Of a stretch of DNA of 64,000 nt, positions 32,092 to 41,712 are shown piece after piece. Origin of the DNA: an uncultured Phycisphaerales bacterium (GTDB lineage Bacteria; Planctomycetota; Phycisphaerae; Tepidisphaerales; Tepidisphaeraceae); assembly GCA_963758525.1 (NCBI GenBank), contig CAVWVQ010000003.1, positions 2,528,001 through 2,592,000 on the forward strand. The letters run 5' to 3'. The notes beneath the pieces are model-generated. The model saw only the letters and a program-made list of their open reading frames with translations, was not told where the DNA came from and ran no database searches. Each line of letters opens with the position of its first letter. Position 1 is the stretch's first letter. Position numbers and translations under genes: made by a program.

Positions 32092-33632
32092 GCCAATAAA
32101 GATACGGGAGTCACGCACAGACGCAACTGGCGCGACCCAATCAGATGCACGCGCCGCATCGCCGGCGGGTGCGCGCGTCATCCGAGTCAAATCCAGCGTG
32201 AGAGAAAAGTCTTTTCTTTGCATCTGAGTCATTCAGTTCGGGATGCGACATCGCGCGACAGATTTTGCAGCGTCGCATGTCGCATCCGGATTCCAACTCA
32301 TTGCCATGCCGCAGGATACGCTCCATCCTCGCGCGACACCGCGCGCAACAGTTGCGCGCCGTTTGCTGAAAACGGGGGTTCCCCGCACGCTGGCCGTGCC
32401 ACGCAGCGGAGCGCGTGCAATGGTCGCCGCCCTCCAACCGCCGTAAGAGGACGGATAACACTTCCAAACCGCTGTGCAGCGCGGCGCAACAAGCAACACA
32501 GCGATTGCGAGTTGTGAAAAGCCTCGAATTTCGTTCAAAAACCCGGCGCCCACGCCCACAGCATGATATGTCTTTCGCCCTTTTTTCAACGCCTTCCCGT
32601 CGATCCGCCGGCCGCATCTCGCAATGCAAATGGAGTAATTACAATCACTTGCCACCAGCCCGCATCGGCGAGCCGCGCGTCGCAAAATGGCGCAGTGCGC
32701 CGCGCTGCGCGAATTTTGGTCCGCATCGGACAGAGTCTGACGCTGTTTTGCGTGTCGCGTTTCATGACCTCGCTCAACTCGCGGCGTCGCGGGCTGCCGC
32801 AAACACACCGGCCGTCCTTCGACGTCGCTCAGAACTGGTCCGCGCCGACTACTTGTCTGCCCGGCGGGTTCAGTGGGTTCATTCACGTCCGCAACGTACA
32901 AAAATTCCGCCCCCCGTTGCGACGTTTACTGTGAGGCAGGCAGCTCAGTTGCCGCATCCTGATTCTTTAGCTCGCTCGCTCGCCATCCAGGCTCTCCGCG
33001 CCGGAACCGCTGAAGGGAGCGAGCTACGATATATCGACGATCATTGATATGGCACGTTTTGGCACGATTTGGCACTGTTTTGGGGTTCATTCGTGACATA
33101 TTCATTTCCACTCGCATCCAGCGCCAGCTTTGCCACCGGCAGCCCGCCGAAAAAAGTATGTCTGCGATGGGAGCACTCAGAAGCCGGAAGCCAGAAGCAA
33201 GAAGCCAGAAATCAGTGTCCCAAAGTCAGGAGAGAATCGGGTGGAAAAGCAGGAGTCTGTGAATTAGCGGAACATGCCTTCGCGCAGCGCCGTCAGCCTC
33301 GCAACACGCCAAACCCCGGGGAACATCAGCCTTGCGCCAGCACGAAGCCGGGCGACTTGCGGTGAGTTTGTCGGACGGTGTCGCCGGACTCAGAGACGCT
33401 TCCGTCTCCGCCGATGCCGTCGAATTCACGCCGCGCTGTTCGCCGTGGCCGCTGGCGGCCGCTTTGCGTCGTCGCGGATCGTGAGCCAGCCGTTTGCCAC
33501 CGCTCCCCGGATACCACAAATCGCCGGCCGGATGCGCCTGCGTTTCCACTCCGAACCTGCGGGCGGTGGCCGAAAATTGCAGACAAGCAACAAACAAAAA
33601 CGACGGGTGTCACCTTGACAGCTTCCTCACTT

Positions 33633-33871
33633 GACAGCTTCCCAAAGATAAATACCGCAGATTGATGAAAACGCGGTTCGATACCAAGGCGTATCGAAAC
33701 CGGCCGCAGATTGAATCGGTCTTTTCGATGCTGAAGCGGAACCTGGGATCCGCGTTGCGTGCCCGGAGCCATTGGGGGCGCTGCCGCGATCTGTTTCTGA
33801 GAGTGCTGACCCACAACATCGCTCTCGCGTTACTCGGGGTTTTCTACAGAGCCGGGTCATTCGGTCATTAG
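33633..33871 (+). mobile_element. 3' remnant of an IS4/IS5-superfamily DDE transposase with right end
   Basis: Y-x2-R-x3-E-x6-K (YRNRPQIESVFSMLK); candidate terminal IR GGGGTTTTCTACAGAGCC at ~33836-33853. Confidence 0.8.
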
Positions 33872-33925
33872 CCGATCTGGCTTTTGGCTTATGACCCGCT
33901 TACTTCTCTCCCCGCTTACTTCTCT

Positions 33926-33992
33926 CGCGTTGAAGAAGTCGCTGCTGCATCAGGCGTTCAGCGGGCACCTGACGGGCGTGGTTTTTGATTGA
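33926..33992 (+). pseudogene. hsdS: C-terminal fragment of type I R-M specificity subunit HsdS
   Basis: ALKKSLLHQAFSGHL matches the usual HsdS end (LKKSLL.QAFSGEL). Confidence 0.7.
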
Positions 33993-34025
33993 CCGGTGTA
34001 AAGGATTGTTCGATAATCGCAAGCT

Positions 34026-34349
34026 GTGAAAACGACGCTGGACTTGCCTGAGGAATTGGTGCGACAGCTTGAATCGCGCGCTGCCGCAGGTGGGAATACG
34101 CCCGAGGAAGTGGCCGCGGGCTTGCTTAGGGTCGGTCTATCCGTCTCCGCTGGGGGGGCGTTGACCACCGCCGCGTTGGTCCCGAAACACTTGCCGCGGA
34201 TCATGGCCCGGCCCGCCGTGCCAGCGAACGTGAGGCAGATGTCGGGGCAGGAGTCGTCCGACTGGATTAAGGACCTGGAGCAGCAGCACGAGATCGAGCG
34301 ATATGAGAAGGCTCTTGGACACCAACACGTGGATCGCGCTGACGGTTGA
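34026..34349 (+). CDS. VapB-like RHH antitoxin
   Basis: MKTTLDLPEELVRQL..RAA; overlaps a PIN toxin start. Confidence 0.7.
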   Translation: MKTTLDLPEELVRQLESRAAAGGNTPEEVAAGLLRVGLSVSAGGALTTAALVPKHLPRIMARPAVPANVRQMSGQESSDWIKDLEQQHEIERYEKALGHQHVDRADG

Positions 34350-34420
34350 AACCCACGCGCAGCACGCTGCCGCCCGTCGCTGGTATGACCACGAGCCGCT
34401 CACCGCGGGGGATCTGAGCA
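34303..34420 (+). pseudogene. truncated VapC/PIN toxin (about 39 N-terminal codons)
   Basis: LLDTNTWIAL...H..H.AA..W, then abrupt switch to unrelated sequence. Confidence 0.7.
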
Positions 34421-34422
34421 CG

Positions 34423-34615
34423 ATGGATATATTGAACGCCAAAGACCCCGATGTGCGTTCGTCGCTTGCTGCGCTGCGGCGTGCAGCAGCGCTCGCGCAA
34501 GGAGGCGATTGCGACCAATACCGACATTGTCGTCGTCAAGGACGGGCGATTACTGGTGATCGAAGCCACGACGCTCCGACAACAGGCCCAGACCGGAAAC
34601 GTGCCAACACCATGA
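34423..34615 (+). pseudogene. small antitoxin-like protein; frameshift at ~34498
   Basis: DPDVRSSLAALRRAA.LA / EAIATNTDIVVVKDGR; its TGA overlaps the hsdM ATG. Confidence 0.5.
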
Positions 34616-34707
34616 CCGAATCCGGCCAGAAACAACTCGGCAAGTCTCTTTGGAACAGCGCCGACACGCTGCCCGGGGCGATGAATGCGAGCCTCCGCAG
34701 AAACTGA
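34612..34707 (+). pseudogene. hsdM: N-terminal fragment of type I R-M methyltransferase HsdM
   Basis: MTESGQKQLGKSLWNSADTLPGAMNA resembles HsdM_N (L...LW..AD.LRG.M). Confidence 0.72.
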
Positions 34708-34803
34708 GACGAATGCTTGCCAAGTTTGAGTCTCCCACAGACTTTTCCGAAGACGCCACGGCGCTCGGATTGCGACAAGCCGAATTTGTCGACAGGCCTT
34801 TGA

Positions 34804-35124
34804 CTACGTTAGAACTTCAAATCCGACAGCGTCAGAGATCCTCAAAACAGTGTCAATCGTTGGGTTTGGCGAGTCCTCGTTCTCCAGCCTCGACAAGTTC
34901 GCTTTTCCGATGCCACTGCGTTTGCTCACCTGTTCCAGCGTCAACCGCTTGGCGATTCTGGCTGCTTTCAGGCGAGCTATCGTCTTTTTGATCCTCTCAT
35001 GCCTTGCAAAAGCCGCTTTCCCCTTGGCAATGATCTGATCCTTTTCCTCGTGGTCGATCTTCTTGCGGAGCTCACGAATCTCCGCGAGCTTCCCCGCCGC
35101 GATTTTTGTACGTATCCCTGCCAT
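34804..35124 (-). CDS. XRE-family HTH protein (antitoxin-like)
   Basis: LKAARIAKRLTLEQVSKRSGIGKANLSRLEN...NPTIDT. Confidence 0.85.
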   Translation of the reverse strand: MAGIRTKIAAGKLAEIRELRKKIDHEEKDQIIAKGKAAFARHERIKKTIARLKAARIAKRLTLEQVSKRSGIGKANLSRLENEDSPNPTIDTVLRISDAVGFEVLT

Positions 35125-35211
35125 ATCGGCGTCCCAGTAGACATCAAGCCACTGCATGTTTTCATATTATACAACATCGGGGCTGATGTTATCAAATCCT
35201 CCGCTCCTGTC

Positions 35212-35271
35212 GTAGGGCAGGACTGATCCCCCCGCATTGACCTCAGGAAGGCGGGATGAATCCCGCCCTAC
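35212..35271. repeat. GTAG-type REP doublet (REPIN-like)
   Basis: GTAGGGCAGGACTGATCCCCCC ... GGCGGGATGAATCCCGCCCTAC. Confidence 0.65.
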
Positions 35272-35289
35272 ATTGCGGGGAGCGTCTCA

Positions 35290-35871
35290 TCACAACGCCG
35301 GCTCTTCCAGCGGCACCGGGCAGATGTCTTTCCGTTTGCATGACCGGCACTGATGGCCTTCCCACAGCATGTTGAACTGTTCGAGCACGCCGTCGATCAG
35401 GCCTGGGGCGTCGGTCCAGATCCCCATCTCAAAATTTCGGCGGCCGTCGGCCTTGGCTCCCAAGCCGGCGCCGGTGAGGTTGGCCGAGCCGAGATACATT
35501 TTGGCCGAATCGATGATGACGGTCTTGGAGTGCAGCCGAGGGCAGCGGCGGATGGTGAGATTTGCCGGGAGCTGGGCGCGCAGCTCGCGCAGGGCTGCGG
35601 AGCTGGGCGTGCCGGCGTGGAGCAACCGGATTTCCACTCCCCTGGCCGCGAGGCGTCGGAAGACTTCCACGATCGAGCGCGCCCGGCGGGATCCCACTTG
35701 GGGGATGAGCATCGCCTTGAAGTCGGCGGTCATGATGTCGACGCTGGTGCGCGCGGAAAGGATGCCTTGGCGCACGATGCGAAGAAAATGATCGCGGTCG
35801 ATGACCAGCTCCGAATGGCCGGCCGAGGCGGCCCGAGGCGGAGATGTCAGAATCGAGAGCCCGCGTCCCAC
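35290..35871 (-). CDS. single-HKD phospholipase D/nuclease family protein with Cys-rich tail
   Basis: LHSKTVIID...GSANLT...NFE; C-terminal CRSCKRKDICP. Confidence 0.88.
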   Translation of the reverse strand: MGRGLSILTSPPRAASAGHSELVIDRDHFLRIVRQGILSARTSVDIMTADFKAMLIPQVGSRRARSIVEVFRRLAARGVEIRLLHAGTPSSAALRELRAQLPANLTIRRCPRLHSKTVIIDSAKMYLGSANLTGAGLGAKADGRRNFEMGIWTDAPGLIDGVLEQFNMLWEGHQCRSCKRKDICPVPLEEPAL

Positions 35872-36035
35872 AATGCAAGATCGACCAGCCAGACGCCCGC
35901 CCGTGACACATTTTCTCGGACCTCAGCACGCTCTGAAACTTGGCGTATATTACACGGCCGGGCGCGGCGTCTGCGAGCGTCAGGTTCCGTCAGCTCTATG
36001 CAGAATGCGATCCTGCGGTCGCACGCACCGGCGTT

Positions 36036-37783
36036 ATGAAGGATCTCACACTAAGTCGAGGGACGAGCGCCGAGCAGTTTTTGGCTGATCCCGAGTGCTG
36101 CGCCAATGGGCGGACCTTTGCCGGCGATGTTCGTGGTCGACGAGCTATCAGTCGCCGGCGTTTGCGGGCGCCTGGTATCGCGTTTATGCCGAAAGGTTCG
36201 AGCCCGTCATCGTGACCGCCCGCAGCGAGACAGCCGAACTGTGCGGAATTCTCTGCCTTGCCGTCTCACGCGACGATGGAACATTGGTGTTCGCGGGGGC
36301 GCATCAGTCGGAATACCAGAGTTGGGCAAGCAGTCCGGAATGTGACAGCGAGTTTCCCCTGGCCGCCGTGCAGAGGGTGCGCGGCGAATTTCCGGACAAG
36401 CCGCTGAAGTTTCAATATCTGCCGCCGGGAGCTCCGCTGGATTGGCTCGGCGATACCCGGCTTCGATCACGCTTCGTTCTCATCAAAAAAGTCCGGCCGT
36501 TGCTGCGCTTTGCGCAGATGAGCGCCGATTCGTTGAACAAGGCTAACAACAAGAAGCGGTTGAAAGGCCTCAAGAAACTGGGCGAGATCGAGTTTCGCCG
36601 GCTGACTTCCGCGGACGAATTGGAGGCGGTTTTCGACGATTTTGCGGATTTCTGCAATCTGCGGCTCGGCGCGATGCATGACATGGAGCCGTTCGCCGAT
36701 GATCCGCTGAAAAGATTGTTTCATCTCGAGATGATGCGCCAGCCCGGCCTGGTCCATGCGACGATTCTGAGGGCGGGCAATCTGCTGGCCTCGGCGCATT
36801 TCAACATGCGCGACCGGAAGCAGCTTCATCTGAATCTCATCGCCCACAACCCCATCCTGGCGAAGCATTCGCCGGGGAAATTTCACGTTCACATGCTCTC
36901 GCAGATGCTGATTGCCGAGGGATACGAGGAGCTCGATCTGACTCCCGGCGGCGACCCCTACAAGGAGCGTTTCGCCAACGCACATGACAGCGTTTCCGTG
37001 TTGCACTTCCCCGCGACGAAAGTGTCGCGGGTGAAACTGATGCTTCAGGCGCGCGGCGAATCGTGGGCGCGCAGTGGATTGAGTGCCGTCGGCGTTCATC
37101 CGGCCAGGGCCCGCCGACTCGTGGGAGTGGCGCGCGATTCTTCCCTCAAAGATGTCGTGGCGCCCCTCGCGCGTCTGGGGGATTGTGTTCACTCGACTCG
37201 TGAGACAAAACTCTACGTCAGGCAGATCGCGGAACCGATCGCGGCATCGGGAGACGGGAGGCTGTTCCGCCGCGATGTGATCAATGATCTTTTGAACTAT
37301 CGCGTTCCACCGGGCGGACTGCCGCGGAAGCGGTTTCTGTTTGAGGCAATGGATCGGCTTGAGGAAGGGCAGCACCTTTACAGTTGCGTCCGCGAAGGGG
37401 GGCTGATTTACCTCGGCTGGGTGATCGAGCGGCCCAGCGAAGTCTTCGTGTCGCGCGTGCTTCCCGGCCTGACGCTGCCGGCGGACAGCGCATTGATTCT
37501 GGATCTGCGCGCTTGCGTGCCCGCCGACGGCGCGGAGCTCGGCCCGGCTTGCCTCTCGGCGATGCTCGCGGATCTATCCCACGCAAACGGAATCCAACGC
37601 GCGGTCATGGCCGTCTCCGCCAACCCGGGCCAGACTCAATGGCTCGAGGCCGCGGGCTTCTCGTGGGAGCGATCGTTATTCGTCAAAAACTCGTTCGGCC
37701 GCACGAGGCATTGGACCTGGCAGGCGTCGCCATCGGTGGCGACCGCGAAAGTTCAAATGCTTCCGGTATCCGCCAACCATTGA
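36036..37783 (+). CDS. GNAT (CelD/BcsL-like) acyltransferase with a second GNAT-like domain; one base missing at ~36093
   Basis: SPG...DL.PGG..YK.RFA motif; ATG at 36036 joins the 36095 frame by a -1 shift. Confidence 0.78.
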
Positions 37784-37821
37784 CTGAGAGCAAGCGTCGG
37801 CTTTCGAAAACGCGAGCAGGT

Positions 37822-38922
37822 TTACTTGACGTCCGTCCACAGCTTGTCTTCGACCTGCTTGAAATTTGAGAAGCTCGCATTCAATTGGGTCATGAGCTTC
37901 TGCACCGTCGCCGGATCGGCGTTTTTATCGTGCAATGAGTCGCGCAGGGCCGTGGCGGCATCGTTGAGGCTCGCGGCGCCGTCGGCAAATTGCCTGACGG
38001 AATCGTAGAGATTCAGATTGCCCATCTCGTCGGGGGTCGGCTTGTAAAGCAGTCGCCAGGGGCTCTGGCGGATTTCGACGCTGGCGCCTTTGAGATTATC
38101 GCTGGTGGTCTTGAGGGATGTGACGATGCCGTCGATCCTGCCGCGATTGGTGACCAGCAGGGAGCGGGCGCCGGCGGTGATGTCCTTCGCATTTGCCAGA
38201 GTGATCGTCAGATCGGAGAGCGCGGACTGCGCGTGATCGATGGTGAGTTGAACGTCGTGCAGGTCAATCCGCAGGTCGTCGAGAATGCCGGGGAGCTTGT
38301 CCCGGATGCCGTCCATGCTGTTGTGCAGGCTCGCCAGGGTTCCGCGAATATCGGATTTTGAGTCACCCAAAACATCGCGAATCTCGGTCATGGCCTGGCT
38401 GGTGTCCTTGACGGCGTCGTTGAGCCGGGGAACGGTGGTCGTCTTGAGGTCGTGCACGATGGTCGCCGCCTCCGGAGCGGCGCCGCGGAGCACTCCCAGG
38501 ACGCTGGTGAGCGTGCTGGGTTGTCCCTGGATTTCGGTCACTTCCGCTCCGCTTCCGAGCCGCTCGATGTTGAGATTGGGGACGCCGGTGAGGCTGCTGT
38601 CGACCATCACGGCCGAATCGGTGTGCAGCTTGTAGCGGGCGGGCATCGAAAAGCTGACGACGATGCGCGGCTCGCCGTCAGGCGTTTTGTCAGTGACGAC
38701 ATGAATGTCTTTCACGACGCCGACTTTGTAGCCGCCCAGACGCAGGTCGTCCCCTTTTCCCAGTCCGCTGAGATTGTCGCCGAGTCGGAAAATGACCTGG
38801 CGGTCTTCATTGGGCTCGACGGTGCGCAATGTTCCCTTGACGCTGATGATAATAAAACCCGCCGCCGCGATGCTCACGACGATGAACAGTCCGGCCTTGA
38901 GGGCGTTCTTTTCGTTGCTCAT
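37822..38922 (-). CDS. mlaD: MlaD/MCE-domain protein with long helical extension
   Basis: N-terminal TM, GL..GD.LRLGGYKVGVV, C-terminal IR..PWRLL. Confidence 0.88.
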   Translation of the reverse strand: MSNEKNALKAGLFIVVSIAAAGFIIISVKGTLRTVEPNEDRQVIFRLGDNLSGLGKGDDLRLGGYKVGVVKDIHVVTDKTPDGEPRIVVSFSMPARYKLHTDSAVMVDSSLTGVPNLNIERLGSGAEVTEIQGQPSTLTSVLGVLRGAAPEAATIVHDLKTTTVPRLNDAVKDTSQAMTEIRDVLGDSKSDIRGTLASLHNSMDGIRDKLPGILDDLRIDLHDVQLTIDHAQSALSDLTITLANAKDITAGARSLLVTNRGRIDGIVTSLKTTSDNLKGASVEIRQSPWRLLYKPTPDEMGNLNLYDSVRQFADGAASLNDAATALRDSLHDKNADPATVQKLMTQLNASFSNFKQVEDKLWTDVK

Positions 38923-38964
38923 ATGAGAACCTCACGACGCAAGCGGTCGTCTGCACACGATCTA

Positions 38965-39762
38965 TCAGTCACCGAGAAGATCAACCACATATCCCCCCGC
39001 GCGGCGGCGATCCGTGAGCGGCCCCTCGGCCAGGCCATGCACGAACTGATGCACCAGCGGATCGGCCGAGTCGCGCATCTCCGTCGCGGTTCCGGCCGCG
39101 ACAAACTTCCCGCGATCCAGCAGCACCATCCGGTTGGCGATGCGAAACGCGCTGTCCATCTCGTGCGTGACAACGACGCTGGTGACGCCAAGTTTGCGGT
39201 TCAGATCGATGATGAGCTGATCGATCTCGGCGCTGGTCACCGGATCGAGGCCGGCCGAGGGCTCATCGTAAAAGAGAATCCGCGGATCCAGCGCGATCGC
39301 CCGTGCCAGTCCTGCGCGCTTCTTCATTCCGCCCGAAAGCATTGCGGGCATCTTGTCGGCATGTTCGCGCAATCCGACCAGCTCGAGCTTGATCTTGACC
39401 ATGATCTCAATCGTCTCTTCGGGAAGATCGGTATGTTCGCGCAGCGGCAGCGCGACATTGTCCGCAACGCTCATCGAATTAAAGAGCGCGCCGCTCTGGA
39501 AAAGGACACCGATGGATTTGCGATACTCATCGATCTCCGCCTCGGACATGGCGGCCAGGCTTTTGGTCTGATGCACGAGAATATCACCGCTGTCACAGCG
39601 GAGATTCCCGATCATCAGCCGCAGCAGCGTTGATTTGCCGGAGCCCGAGCCGCCGAGAATGACCAGCGTTTCCCCCTCGATGACGTCGAGACGGATTGCG
39701 TCGAGCACGACGCGCCCGTCGAATTTCTTGGAGACGTCCTGCACTTCGATGGCGTTGGGCAT
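38965..39762 (-). CDS. mlaF: Mla/MCE ABC transporter ATPase
   Basis: GGSGSGKST, LFQSGALFNS, LSGGMKKRAGLARA, YDEPSAGLDP. Confidence 0.93.
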   Translation of the reverse strand: MPNAIEVQDVSKKFDGRVVLDAIRLDVIEGETLVILGGSGSGKSTLLRLMIGNLRCDSGDILVHQTKSLAAMSEAEIDEYRKSIGVLFQSGALFNSMSVADNVALPLREHTDLPEETIEIMVKIKLELVGLREHADKMPAMLSGGMKKRAGLARAIALDPRILFYDEPSAGLDPVTSAEIDQLIIDLNRKLGVTSVVVTHEMDSAFRIANRMVLLDRGKFVAAGTATEMRDSADPLVHQFVHGLAEGPLTDRRRAGGYVVDLLGD

Positions 39763-39765
39763 GAT

Positions 39766-40578
39766 CTACCAGCCGAAGTAGTAGAAGGTGGTTGTGAAGA
39801 GCAGATCGACGGTGATCAGCGCGACGATGGTGAGCACGACGGTGCGCGTTGTCGCGATGCCCACGCCCTGCGCGCCGCCGGTAACGCCCAGGCCCAGATA
39901 GCAAGCCAGGCCGCTGATGAGCGTTCCGAATACGCCGGATTTGATCAGACCGGTGATGAAGTCGCGGACATGGATCGCGTCGAAGGTGTGAATCACATAT
40001 TGGTGTCCGCCGATGCCGAGCACGAGGGTTCCGACCGCGAATCCCCCGGCAATTCCCGTCAGGTCGCCGATCACCGCGACGCAGACCATCATCAATGTTG
40101 TGGCGATCATGCGCGGGACGACGAGGAAGCGGATGGGGTTGATCGCCTGGGCTTCAAGGGCTTCGATCTCTTCGGATTCGACCATCGTTCCGATTTCCGC
40201 GGCGATGCTCGCGCCCGCGAAGCCTGTCAGCACGATCGCGCTGACCAGCGGACCCAACTCGCGAAAGGTGGCGATGGAGATCACATTGGCGACTTCGGTG
40301 AGCGCGCCGTAGTTTTTGAGAATGGGCCCCATCTGCAGCGCCAGGATGGCTCCGATGCAAAAGAGGACGAGGATGACGATCGGCACGCTGCGGACGCCGA
40401 CGCGAACCATCTGCGCCCAGAGATTTTCCCACCCGAGCCGCCTGCCGCGCTTTGCCAGCAGGCTTCGCGGCGCCGCCACGGCAGCGTCGCGCAGGAGATA
40501 TCCCATGCCCCCGAGAAATTCGAGCAGAGCCAGCGCGCGTGCACCCAGAGCGCCGATGGGTCGGAGGATCACGTTCAC
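39766..40578 (-). CDS. mlaE: MlaE permease
   Basis: RELGPL, GASIAAEIGTM..SEEIEAL, GGAQGVG.ATT..VV. Confidence 0.93.
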   Translation of the reverse strand: MNVILRPIGALGARALALLEFLGGMGYLLRDAAVAAPRSLLAKRGRRLGWENLWAQMVRVGVRSVPIVILVLFCIGAILALQMGPILKNYGALTEVANVISIATFRELGPLVSAIVLTGFAGASIAAEIGTMVESEEIEALEAQAINPIRFLVVPRMIATTLMMVCVAVIGDLTGIAGGFAVGTLVLGIGGHQYVIHTFDAIHVRDFITGLIKSGVFGTLISGLACYLGLGVTGGAQGVGIATTRTVVLTIVALITVDLLFTTTFYYFGW

Positions 40579-40934
40579 GGCAGCAAGGCCTCCGCCTCAT
40601 CCTTGGTGATGGCGAAGATCGTGCCGAGGCGGGCAATTTCCAGAAGCCCCTGAACGCGCGGCTGCAGATTGGTGAGGCAGACCTTTCCCCCAAGCTTGCG
40701 CATCTTCTGCAGAGCCTCGACGAGCACTGCGATCGCGCTGCTGTCCATGTATGGAACCGCGGTGAGATTCAGGATGAGCTTCTTAGGGGAATTCTGCTGC
40801 ATCAAAATCAGAATCGCATGGCGCAATTCCGGACTGTTGTGCAAGTCGATCTCGCCGTGGATGGATGCAATGAGGCTGTCGCCATCCTTGCGGGCCGTCG
40901 GCACCAGGTCGGTATCGGTTTTCAGCGTGATCAT
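40575..40934 (-). CDS. STAS protein (anti-sigma antagonist/MlaB-like)
   Basis: GEIDLHNSPELR, V.YMDSSAIAVLV. Confidence 0.9.
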   Translation of the reverse strand: MITLKTDTDLVPTARKDGDSLIASIHGEIDLHNSPELRHAILILMQQNSPKKLILNLTAVPYMDSSAIAVLVEALQKMRKLGGKVCLTNLQPRVQGLLEIARLGTIFAITKDEAEALLP

Positions 40935-41419
40935 GGCGCCTTCCCATGGGTCAACGTTCGTTTCATCGTCAGCAGCATCCCGTCCGGCATTTTCGTGAAC
41001 GTGAACCCGTCGAGCAACTTCTTGAAGCAGACGATTCCGACACCGCCGGGCGTGAGCGGGTCGTGCCGCGGTTCTGTCGGGGGCTGCTGGCCGGAGCCCC
41101 AGTCGCGCACGGTCAGGAGCAGGTGCGAGCCGTCAAAATCAGCTTTCACCTCAACCGGCTGATCCATCGCGCCGCTGTAGGCGTGCCGGGTGACGTTCGC
41201 CATCGCCTCGTTCACGCACAATCCGATGTCATCGACCGCCGCCTTGTCAAATCCGTGCGCGGCGCAAAACGTCTCGATCGAATGCCGCACCGGCGCAAGA
41301 TAGGCCGTGTCGCTGAGAACGCGCAGAAAAAGCGTTCGATTCGCGGGAGACACCGCAGATGCTTCCATCTGATTCACGCCAATCACTTCCTGCCCTGTTG
41401 GCTGAGCCACTGTTTCCAT
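40931..41419 (-). CDS. RsbW/SpoIIAB-type Ser kinase (HATPase_c_2); alternative start 41368
   Basis: VNEAMANVTRHAY, VRDWG.G, GG.G. Confidence 0.88.
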   Translation of the reverse strand: METVAQPTGQEVIGVNQMEASAVSPANRTLFLRVLSDTAYLAPVRHSIETFCAAHGFDKAAVDDIGLCVNEAMANVTRHAYSGAMDQPVEVKADFDGSHLLLTVRDWGSGQQPPTEPRHDPLTPGGVGIVCFKKLLDGFTFTKMPDGMLLTMKRTLTHGKAP

Positions 41420-41712
41420 CGCAGCGTCTCAGCGGCGCGATCGTCGTCTGAATCATAGTATCGGTACCCCAGGGTTTGCCCGGTCAGTCCATGAAGCCCG
41501 CGGATCGCGTAAAAGCGAACCGCCGGATCGTCGCTTTCCAACTCGCTGATCAGCTCCGGAATGACCGAGCGATCATGGTTTCGAACAGCGTCCTCAATGG
41601 CGGGAACTTTCGCTTCCAGGTCGGGATTGCTGACCGTACGCGGGCCGTGCCCTCCGCATCCCAGCAGCAGAGTCAGCGTCCCGCCGCCAATCATCCAAAC
41701 CACATGGCGCAT
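41383..41712 (-). CDS. HEAT-repeat lipoprotein
   Basis: Lipobox LLLGC; LI..L.SDDPAVRFYAI..L..LTGQ. Confidence 0.8.
   Translation of the reverse strand: MRHVVWMIGGGTLTLLLGCGGHGPRTVSNPDLEAKVPAIEDAVRNHDRSVIPELISELESDDPAVRFYAIRGLHGLTGQTLGYRYYDSDDDRAAETLRWKQWLSQQGRK

Noticed and set aside
32935..32956. c-di-GMP-I riboswitch 3' end (GGCAGCTCAGTTGCCG)
   Set aside because: The upstream GGCAAA..GAAA..GACGCAAAG core is missing
33050..33085. sigma54 promoters (also TGGCACGAAGTTGAA at ~22822)
   Set aside because: GG-to-GC spacing is off by one or the -12 GC is absent
33426..33560. Phage replication-protein fragment on the minus strand (IRGAVANGWLTI)
   Set aside because: Resemblance is too short, with no start codon or phage context
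4510..39633. Long antisense ORFs (e.g. 4510-5823, 5911-7317, 16757-18124, 20922-22616, 38452-39633)
   Set aside because: Shadow frames of well-supported genes, expected in high-GC DNA; no motifs
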